A DNA stretch of 64,000 nucleotides, from positions 148,924,001 through 148,988,000 of the forward strand of contig NC_042999.1 of NCBI RefSeq assembly GCF_006345805.1, in the 5' to 3' direction. Of this stretch, positions 48,401 through 60,058 are shown in pieces. The notes under the pieces are model-generated. The model made no database searches, had not been told where the DNA came from, and saw only the letters and a program-made list of their open reading frames with translations. The translations under genes and the position numbers were made by a program. This stretch comes from Octopus sinensis (taxonomy: Eukaryota). Every line of letters starts with the position of its first letter. Within the stretch, counting starts at the first letter, position 1.

Positions 48401-51400
48401 TGATTATAAAGAAATAAAAATATGTGGCAACTAAATGGCTAATCTGATGAATATTTGAAGAACTTACCTGAATAAAGGCAGCAAGGAAAATTTCACAGCT
48501 TAGCTCCTGTGCACGTTTTGAAGCAGTTTTCTTATCGTTACAGTGCTGTGCTTGTTTTTCCATCTCTCTCTCAGTTTGTTGAATAGGTGGTGTGTATCCT
48601 ATACAATAAATAATATGTGTAAATAACTCACAACATTATATTATAGGGTAATATTAGAGCTGGAATAGGCTTAGATGTGGACATTGACAGAGTTAAAAGA
48701 AGCATACATGTGTATGCACACATTTAGAAATAAAGAGCCTGGTTTTACCAATATTACCCTTTTGTCCTATATACACATACATCTTACATCTACAATCATT
48801 ACACCACTCACATGCTTCTAAGTAATCACTAGATTTGCTAGAAATAGCAGCTCAATCTCCCTTAAATTGCATCTCACTATTTTAAAGCAAGAACACATTA
48901 GATAATGCAGTCCTAGATGTCTTGAAAAAAAACAAAACAAAAAAGAAAAATAGGTGGAATGGTCATGGTTGGAATGCCTTTAATCATAGGTCTGTTTAAC
49001 CCTTTCGTTACTGTATTTATTTTGAGATGCTCTGTGTTTCTTCCAATTACTTTAAATATAACAAAGAATTTAGTAAAATAACTTACTTATCATTCAGCTA
49101 GTGTTAGGAACATAAATTGTGACTAAGGTTTGGTGGAAGATTTTAATTCAAAACTTATGAAAACAAGACATTTGTACTACAGAACCAAAGCCGGTTTCAG
49201 CCAGGTTTGTAACGAAAGGGTTAATTAAGGTTGACCTGGATTAAATAACCATGACACGAACACAAAACAATCCAACCAAATTTCCCTCAAAATCCACCCT
49301 ATCATCAACTTAAAAACAAAGATAATGTTCAAATCACATTAAGCTTAGATAAACGGTCTGAAAAAAAAATGACAGGATGGTCACATCTGGAAAAAATTTG
49401 ACCATTGACTGGCTGAATCAAGGTTTGCATAGAGGTAAACAGCAACATACATTTACAGATATTCTCAGTTTGTAGAGTAGGGAAAAAATGCAATCTTACC
49501 AAGGGCAGCAGCTAACAATCTGTGCACAATGACATCAGCGTATCGTCGAATGGGTGATGTGAAGTGAGTATAGAGAGGTACGTTGAGAGCATAATGTCGA
49601 TATTCATTCTTGTCAGATATTGTTCCAGAACAGAAGTATTGAGCCAGCTTCAAAAGTGAGAGTGAAGAGATACATGGCCATTATTATTAACAACAACAAA
49701 AACAGTAATTCTAATTTTAGGGATGGGGACAAGTCAATTACATTGATCTCGGTACTTAATTGGTACTTTATCTTAGTGATCCTGAAAGGATAAAAGGCAA
49801 AGTCAACCTTGGTGGAATTTGAAATCAGAATGTAAAGAACCAGAGGAAATGCTGCTAAGCATTGTGTCCTAAAGTGCTACTGATTTTGGCAGCTCACTCT
49901 AGCTACTTTGTATAATAATAATAATAATAATAATAATCTCTTCTACTGGAAGCACAAGGCCTCAAATTTGGGGGAAGGAATTAAGTCGATTACATCAACC
50001 CCAGTGTGTAACTGGTACTTCTTTAATCGACCCCGAAAGGATGAGAGGCAAAGTCGACCTTGGTGGAATTTGATCTCAGAACGTTGCAGCAAATGAAATA
50101 CCACAAAGCATTTTGCCCAGCATGCTAATGATTCTGCCAGCTTGCCACCATCATAATAATAATGGTTACAAATTTTGCCACAAGGGCAGCAGTTTTGGGG
50201 AAGGGAATGAGTCCTTTACACCGACACCAGTGTTCAACTGATACTTACTTTGTCGACCCTGAAAGGACGAAAGGTAAAGTTGATCCTGGTGGAATTTGAA
50301 TTCAGAATGTAACGGCAGACAAAATGCTGCTAAGCATTTCGTCCAGCATGCTAACGATTCTGCCACCTCGCTGCCGTAATAATAATAATAATCTTTTCTA
50401 CTAAAGGCACAAGGCCTGAAATTTTTGGGGAGGGAACTAGTTGATTATATTGACCCTAGTGTTTCACTGGTACTTATTTCATCAACCTTGGCAGAATTTG
50501 AACTCAGAACCTGGCAACTGATGAAATAAGCATCTCACCCAGCATGCTATCATAATAAGGGGTGTTAGCTTAGTTCACTGGTAATGAACAGCTGGCACTA
50601 TAGTACATCTCCAGCATTAGAAGCTGTGCAGAGACAATAAATAATAATAATGCATTGGGAGTGATAAAGGGAGCTGAGAAACACACCAAGCAATTCCCTG
50701 GTAATTCCAATCTCCATAAACTACAACAGATAACCTTGATGGTCCATATACAACGAAAAGACTCTCCATCTAAAATGGAATAAATGTGGTGATAATTTTA
50801 GCAGGCATAGCAAAACAAAAGTGCCCTTGCTACTCTTGGCCTCCGGAGGATGCCCAGTACTAAGGCAGCTGAAATAAAGTTATAATGAAAGGGAACCATA
50901 AATGATGATAATAATAATATCAATTATTTTTAATAAACACATAGGGTCTGAGATTTTGTGTAGAGGAATTCACATCAAAAGGGTCAATGGCAAATGTCTG
51001 TAGTAAATCTTACTTTCATTGGTTTTGAACACTTGGCTATGAGGACTTGGAGTCTTGCTAAAGAGTATTCATCATCATCACCTGAGTGTTGCAGTAGAGA
51101 TCTCTGAAAAGAAATTTTTTAAATATGACAAATCTACTTTTGAAAAACTGAAATCAATTTTATAATATGACTAGCAGTATCGCCCGGCGTTGCTCGGGTT
51201 GTAAGGGAAATAACTATATAAGCATTTTTAGAGAGTTATAGCCAAAAAATAGCAAAAAAATGCATTAAAAATTGAAAAAAAATTAAGGTAAATTTTTTTT
51301 TTAAATCGTTGACACATCGTAGATATTTTTAGAGAGTTACTTCCCTTATATAAAAGCGAAAAAAATGCATTAAAATGGAAAAATATGATGGTAAATTTTT

Positions 51401-54400
51401 TTAAAATCGTAGACTCATGCTAATACCCAGAAGGGCTCGATATGAATCACGACTATAAGATACCCGCTTTTGGTTAAACTGCACCGCAAAATGTGGGAGT
51501 AGTTACGAATCTAAATCGTAGGAGACAGACACACAACTTCACTCTTATATAAAGATGCTTTTTTTTTCAGTCATAGAGTTAGATTTATGAAGGTCTTCAG
51601 TAGAAAATCCTTCGAATTCTGACTCGCTGCTTGATATAATGAAATTCGTATCCATTTTTTGTCAGAATTACAAATTTTGAAAACACAATAGGAACAAATT
51701 TCGGAAAAAAATCTCCCATAATTCACGGAATTAAAATTACACTTCGATTTTTGTACAAAACTGTATTTGAAGTGTTTACGAAGTATAATACGTGTTTTCA
51801 CGAATGTACTAAAGAGATTTACTCTGATATTCTCATTTAAATATGAATAGGTAAATTCGGGCGGTTTGGTAATGAAAGGGTTTATATAAGTGTCGTCTGT
51901 TTATACATAAACACTGTTTCATACTTTCAGTTTAGTCTTGCTCAAATCACTGTCGCTATTTACTCTCTTCCAAGAACATTTTCACTCACTCTTATCTGTT
52001 AGCTTGCCATACATTTTACTCATGTATCTATCAGCGTGATAGACAGAAACAAATATTACATCTAGTTTCACTTTATTCGTTGCACACTGTGTGTGTGCGT
52101 TTGCGTGTGCTGTAAACCAGACTAAGAAAAGCATTTGACATACACACCAGAATGTGAGTTTTCTGTAAATTTTGCTTAATTGGAGTTTAAATTTTAAAAA
52201 CTGGACCTGGCAAAACCCGATGCATTCTACTCTTAAAAATGCTAGGTAAATTGTAATTGAAGAAATCCTATATTGTAGATTTCTATAACTGACAAAGGGA
52301 GGCAGATAAAATCTGCCTTTTATAATAAGAGATAATGAAATTACTGTGTATAGTGCTCAGGTGCACTACAACTCATCAAACGTGCATGTATGGTACATAA
52401 AATTATGTACAAATATCAGGAAATTGAACAGTTTGGGAGCGATTATATATTTTACAGTGAAATATCCTCTGTAACAACACAACCCGAAGGTTGGTTTGTA
52501 TGGAAGCTAGTTTAATGTTCCTTTCTACTAAGGTGTCGAGCTGGCAGAAACGTTAGCACGCCGGGCAAAATGCTTAGCAGTATTTCGTCTGTCTTTACAT
52601 TCTGAGTTCAAATTCCACTGAGGTTGGCTTTGCCTTTTGTCCTTTCAGGGTCAATAAATTAAGTACCAGTTGTGTACAGGGGTCAATCTAATTGACTGGC
52701 CTCCTCCCCCCAAAATTTTGGGCCTTGTGCTTAGAGTAGAAAAGAACATTCCTTTCTATGAAAGGCACAAGGCCTGAAATTTTGAGGAGGGGAGTTAGTT
52801 GATTCAATCAACCCCAGTGCTCAACTTGTTTCATCGACCTTGAAATGATGAAAGGCAAAGTCAACCTTGGTGGAATTTGAACTCAGAACATAAAGACGAA
52901 CAAATTGCCTCTAAGCATTTTGCTCAGCATGCCACTGATTCTGCCTGCACAGGAGACGTCCACCCCATCAGCTGTTCAGAGGTAGGTTTTAAGTGATGAT
53001 CATCATCATCGGTTAATGTCCATTTTCCATGCTGGCATGGGTTGGATGGTTTGACTGAGGTCTGGAGAGCCAGCGCCTGCACCAGGCTCCAATCTGACCT
53101 GGCAATGTTTCTACAGTTGGATGCCCTTCCTAACGCCAACCACTCCTGAGTGTTGTGGGTGCTTTTTACATTCCGCTAGCACAGGAACCAGTCAGGCAGC
53201 CCTGGCATTGGTCATGTTCAGACAGCGCCTTTTACGTGCCACCGGTACAGGAGCCAGTCAGGCAGCCCTGGCATTGATCACATTTGGATAGTGATTTTTA
53301 CGTGCCACTGGCACGAGATCCAGTCGGGGAGCACTGGGCATCGATCATATTCAGACAGTGCCTTTTATGTGCCACTAATCATGGGAGCCAGTCAGGGAGC
53401 ACTGGCATCAATCGTGTTTGGATGGCGCTTTTTACGTAAACAAAAAAGACATAAAAAGTGCAATAGGATCTCAAGTCAGCTGAGATTGCACTTGTCTGTG
53501 AAAGTGTAGTCTGACAACGATGCATACTATGGGTGTACTTTTAAAGTACAGTGGGATCTCAGGTAAACTGACACAGAAAATTAGCAGCAAGGACATTAAA
53601 AAATGCAAACTTGTAATGCAGTTGATAGCTTCTGTTTCCAGGGTGACCCAATCAGCAAGGACAGTGGATGTTTTGAAAGCATTACAAGGATGGGGTAGAA
53701 AAAGTTCAGAGAGCTATTACAGTTTCTGGCAATGAATGAGTGTTTGTGTACAGAGTGAGATGTTACATATTAGCAAGACATGAGTGAAGTGTGTGGAGGA
53801 TATGTAAAGATAAAAAAAAAAATAAAGAAGGAGAACATACTTAGTTTGATGTGTGATGTTAGAGTGACATTTAGGATGGAGCAAAAGTGTGACGAGAGAA
53901 AAACTAGGAATTAACAATAACAGTTGTCGTGTGTAAGAGAAAACTGTGTTGGTATGGAGATGTGATGGATATGAAGAATGACAGGTGGACGTAAAAATAC
54001 CAAACAATGTAAGAGGTAGTTTGTGGAAAAAGAACATCAAAGATATGGTAATATTCTTCATTTCAGGATGTTGTACCCCACAAAAGAAATGATGAAGGGC
54101 CAAAACAAGTTTAAAGATATGTTGAAACAGAGCTGTCCAACCTACCCATATAAGCACAGAAAAGCAATTGTAAAAATGATGATGTAGATCATAATGATGA
54201 ACTAATATATATATATTATATATATATATACATACACACATATGTGGTATGTAAAAAGCACATTTCGAGCAGTGGGCCTCATGGAGGCAAAGTGGCTGAT
54301 GCTAGTGGCATGTGAAAAGCTCCTTTTGAGTGTTGGGCCTCATGGAGGCAATGACGAATGACCAAGACCTTTGGCTTTATGTTGTGCTTGAGAAGAGGAC

Positions 54401-57400
54401 CCACACTCTCAGAGTGGTTGGCGTTAGGATGGGCATCCAGCTGTAGAAACCATGTGGAATCAGACTGGAGTCTGGTGCAGCCTTCCAGCTTACCAGTCCT
54501 GGTCAAACCACCCAACCCATGCCAGCATGGACAATGGACATTAGATGATGATATGCTTTATGCTCTGAATGATTTCATTCTTTCCTCTATAACTCATTTC
54601 ATAACTCTGTCAACATTCCACAACACTATTTTCTAAATGAGACAAACATAAAATGTAAGCCATACATACATGAATAGCACCGGCACTGGTTATATCCATT
54701 TCAATGTTTGTAGTTCTACAGAAATCATTCTGAAATTTAAAAAAAAAAAAAAGATGATGACATACAACAATTAATGTACCTAAACTTTCAAAATTCATGG
54801 CAAATTTGCTAACATTAAAATTTGGTTTTGCCTTATATTTATTAAATTCTGCCAGTTTCTTGATTTTTTTTCTATCACAGTTATGTACAAAAGATGAAAT
54901 ATACAAAATTATTTTTATCTCTTATGTAGGGAGTTTTAAGGATAAAAGACCCAGTACAGAGAGAAAGATTAATTTTGATTTTCTTAAATACATTTTTTTG
55001 CTTTCCAATATTATCAGACACAGACTCTCTCACGGTTATAAACATTATGAGATCCAGTCATTGCTTTAATTTGATAAATTGGAGACAAAATTTATAGAAG
55101 ACATTACACAATATATGAAATGTTAAATTCTGTAACTAAAATAGTACTGAAGGATTTGAGCTCAGGTTCTGCACAGGGGCAGAAGAATTTCCCTTAGAAA
55201 ATAATATGATAGCTTTCATAAATTTGTCCCCTATTTAAAAACAAGCTAACAGAAGCATTGTCATTCATTTGATAAAGAGAAGCTGAGAGAATAATTGGCC
55301 TTAGTTATATCGAAATTGTTGAGGATTTTAATGAGAAGTGGCATAAATAATTCTCCAAGAAACCTGATTTCAGAATGGTTAGTTTCTCAGGCTCAAATAA
55401 TCTAAAAAGGTTGTTGTAACATTAAATAAAGCATAAAGAGTTCCCACTTTGTTGCTTAGAATATTGGAAAATGAAAGTAAGGAAGAAAGTATTGATAATG
55501 TTATCTCACCAAGCTGTCGATCATTCTAGTTTGGGGCTCAGGATGGCGCCGAAGTAAACATTTCTCCGGGAAACTTTTATGAATGCGGTGAGCAACAGCC
55601 ATGTTGGCTAGCAACATGAATTCTTCTATTAATCTATAAATCAAATGAAAAATAAGATATAGAGAAAAAGAAAAGAATATAATATAATAGAAACAGAAGA
55701 CATAGTTTTAGCTAAAGTATTCTGCTAGTGAGTAAATAACTAAAATAATTGAACAATTGCGAAAGGATGAAATATAAAAGGAGAGAAAAGTAACCAAAAG
55801 CACCGAAGAAAAGTAAATTGTAAAATTATATTTTGAAGATTAAATAAGCTGGCAGAATCATTAGCACACTGGATGAAATGACTGGCGGTAGTTTGCCCGT
55901 CACTACATTATGAGTTCAAATTCTGCCAAGGTCGACTTTACCTTTCATCATTTCAGGGTCGATAAATTAAGTACCAGTGAAACACTGGGGTCGATATAAT
56001 CGACTAGTCCCCTTCCCCCAAATTTCAGGCCTTGTGCCTTAAGTAGAAAGGATTATATTTTGAAGATTAAATATTTTTTATCTGGGCAGACATAAACATA
56101 ATCCATAGAGATTAGATATTCTGGGATACAATAAAAAAAGGGTAAAGACCCGCTTCAGTCATGAATGACCATGAGATTGCATCTAGAAAGTTCACCTCCA
56201 AGGCACAAGTCCAGACAAGGCTGTTTATGGAAGACCAGCAGTTGCTCATGCATACCAGCCTCCACTCTCCATGCCACCGTTATATGGATGTAAACACACC
56301 AACACCAGTGATGCTAGGGGACAAGCACATGCACACACATACACACGCGCATGTGTGACAGGCTTCTTTCTGTTTCCATCTACCAAGTCCACCCACAAGG
56401 CTTTGGTTGGCCTGAGGTTATTGTAAAGATGCTTGCCCAAGGTGCCATACAGTGGGACTGAACTGGAATGATGTGGTTGGGAAGCAAGCTTCTTACCACA
56501 CAGCCATGTCGACATTCTGACTGATTGATCTATACTTTCAAAGACTAGTGGAATAAAAAAAAGTCCCTAACTTGCAAAACAGGTAAGAGTTGGCAACAGG
56601 AAGAGGATCTAATTGTAAAATTTTGTCTCCAATAAGTCTCGGAGTGGTTGGCGTTAGGAAGGGCATCCAGCAGTAGAAACTCTGCCAGATCAAGATTGAA
56701 GCCTGGTGCAGCCATCTGGTTCACCAGCCCTCAGTCAAATTATCTAACCCATGTTAGCATGGAAAGCAGACGTTAAACGATGATGATGATGAAGTCCCCA
56801 TCCAGCCTATGGTAACACAGAAAAACAGATGTTTAACAAACGAATGAATCAACTTACTGATTGCTTTCTCTCCGTTCATAAACAAAGTAACCCATTGGTA
56901 AACTTGTCTCATTGTTTAACAGCCACTGTAGTTTCACCTTGTCTAATCTTAGAGCACCACCTTCAAAACGTTTATCCCTTAAAATACATGCTATCTGTTT
57001 CAAGGAAGATAAAAACAAGAACATTATATGATATTATAAACAGATTCATTAAAATGTGCATATCAAAAACCCCCCAACAAATTGATTAAAAGATCTCACC
57101 AAACCAGCTTGGAGGAACGTTTATAGCAATGTAAGCTGTAACAAAACTATATATGTAGATGTAATCTCCAGGAGAATGGGCCAAAGGAGCTTAAAGTTCT
57201 AGGCAGTAGCTTGAATTGCTAAAACTAGCAGCCAAAACTCCCTTAACCTGTTAGCATTCAGATTATTCTATCAAACACATTGCTTATTCATTAACATTGT
57301 TTTGAATTAATTGTGGATTATCTATTAGTTTCAAGATTTCGATGATGTGATTGTTTATTTTCAGAATGACATTGTAGGGTAGGTGTGAGAGGCAGAATCT

Positions 57401-60010
57401 AGTCAGTTTGAACATAAAACAGATGGAATATTTTGGTTGGATATAACTGGGCTAAATGCTTAAAGGCTTAAATCTCAAATCACACAAAGGAAGAATACAT
57501 CAGGTAATGATTGCAGAATAGTTTGGTGAGTTCGTTGTGAGTCAGGAAGAAGTTAAGACAGAAAAAAGAAAATGTTATTTCCTTGGTTGCAAGCTAACAA
57601 ATGAAGTGATTAGATATTCTGGGATACAGTAAAAAAAAAGGGTAAAAACCCCTTCAGTCATGAATGACCATGAGATTGCATCTAGAAAGTTCACCTCTAA
57701 GGCACAAGTTCCGACAAGGCTGTTTATGGAAGACCAGCAGTTGCTCATGCATACCAGCCTCCACTCTCCATGCCACTGATGTTATCAGAGGGAAAGGCAA
57801 AGGCTGATACAGCTTGGCACCAGTGACATCACAACTCATTTCTATAGCTGAGTGATCTGGAGTAATGTGAAATAAAGTGTCTTACTGAAGAACACAATAC
57901 ATAGCCCGGTCAGGGAATTGAACTCATGATTGGGAGCCTGAAGCTCTAACCACTGAGCCATGTGTCTTCGCATTGGGATACAGTATGCTAAAGAAAAAGA
58001 GGGGATGGTCATAGCTGGAATGCCTTTTGTTCACAGGTAATTTTGATGGGGGCCAACTCAAGATTAAACAACAAGGATAAATCTCCAGAAGGTGCAAGAA
58101 TGAAAGACAGCAATGCTTAACCCTTTGGCATTCAGAATACTCTGTCAAGTGTAATGTTCATTTACATTGCTTTGAATTAATCATGCATTATCTCATGATA
58201 ATCTAGTAGCTCTGCATCAGCAAGACTTGAAAAAATATAGAAAAAAGTGAACTTGCCACGAGGAGTGAATATCCAATGTTTCGGATTCAATCCTTCGTCA
58301 AGGGGCAGAGAAAAAGAGAAGAAAAAGAGGAAAAAGTCAGAGTTTACATACTCTCAGCTTGAAAAACTGTTTTGACTTTTTTCTCTTCTTCTCTGCCCTC
58401 AACAAAGGATTGAATCCAAAACATTGGATATTCCACTCCTCATGACAAGTTCACTGTACCCATTTCACTTTTTTCTATATTTTCTCATGATAGTTAATAA
58501 CGCATTCAATGATGTGACTGCTTATTTTTAGAATGACATTGTAGGATGTGTGTGAGAGGCCAGCTCTGGCCAGTTTGAACATAAAACAGATGGAATATTT
58601 TGGTTGGATATAACTGGGCTAAATGCTTAAAGGCTTAAATCTCAAATCACACAAAGGAAGAATACATCAGGTAATGATTGCAGAATAGTTTGGTGAGTTC
58701 GTTGTGAGTCAGGAAGAAGTTAAGACAGAAAAAAGAAAATGTTATTTCCTTGGTTGCAAGCTAACAAATGAAGTGATTAGATATTCTGGGATACAGTAAA
58801 AAAAAAGGGTAAAAACCCCTTCAGTCATGAATGACCATGAGATTGCATCTAGAAAGTTCACCTCTAAGGCACAAGTTCCGACAAGGCTGTTTATGGAAGA
58901 CCAGCAGTTGCTCGTGCATACCAGCCTCCACTCTCCATGCCACTGATGTTATCAGAGGGAAAGGCAAAGGCTGATACAGCTTGGCACCAGTGACATCACA
59001 ACTCATTTCTATAGCTGAGTGATCTGGAGTAATGTGAAATAAAGTGTCTTACTGAAGAACACAATACATAGCCCGGTCAGGGAATTGAACTCATGATTGG
59101 GAGCCTGAAGCTCTAACCACTGAGCCATGTGTCTTCGCATTGGGATACAGTATGCTAAAGAAAAAGAGGGGATGGTCATAGCTGGAATGCCTTTTGTTCA
59201 CAGGTAATTTTGATGGGGGCCAACTCAAGATTAAACAACAATGATAAATCTCCAGAAGGTGCAAGAATGAAAGACAGCAATGCTTAACCCTTTGGCATTC
59301 AGAATACTCTGTCAAGTGTAATGTTCATTTACATTGCTTTGAATTAATCATGCATTATCTCATGCTAATCTAGTAGCTCTGCATCAGCAAGACTTGAAAA
59401 AATATAGAAAAAAGTGAACTTGCCACGAGGAGTGAATATCCAATGTTTCGGATTCAATCCTTCGTCAGGGGGCAGAGAAAAAGAGAAGAAAAAGAGGAAA
59501 AAGTCAGAGTTTACATACTCTCAGCTTGAAAAACTGTTTTGACTTTTTTCTCTTCTTCTCTGCACTCAACAAAGGATTGAATCCGAAACATTGGATATTC
59601 CACTCCTCATGACAAGTTCACTGTACCCATTTCACTTTTTTCTATATTTTCTCATGATAGTTAATAACGCATTCAATGATGTGACTGCTTATTTTTAGAA
59701 TGACATTGTAGGATGTGTGTGAGAGGCCAGCTCTGGCCAGTTTGAACATAAAACAGGTGGAATATTTTGGTCTGATATTTTTTCTTGTACTTGTTTCAGT
59801 CATTAGGCTGTGGCCATGCTGGAGCACCACCATTAGTTGAACAAAGCGACCCCAGGACTTATTCTTTGTAAGCCTAGTACTTATTCTATCAGTCCCTTTG
59901 GCCGAACTAATTTACAGGGATGTAAACACACCAACATCGGTTGTCAAGTAATGGCGGTGGTGGGGGGCACAAACACAGACACACAAACATACATATATAT
60001 ACATATATAT

Positions 60011-60058
<48 letters not shown>

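Noticed and set aside
53717-54241. 174-aa minus-strand ORF
   Set aside because: Low-complexity composition, begins in a microsatellite, lies in a DIS3L2 intron, no motifs
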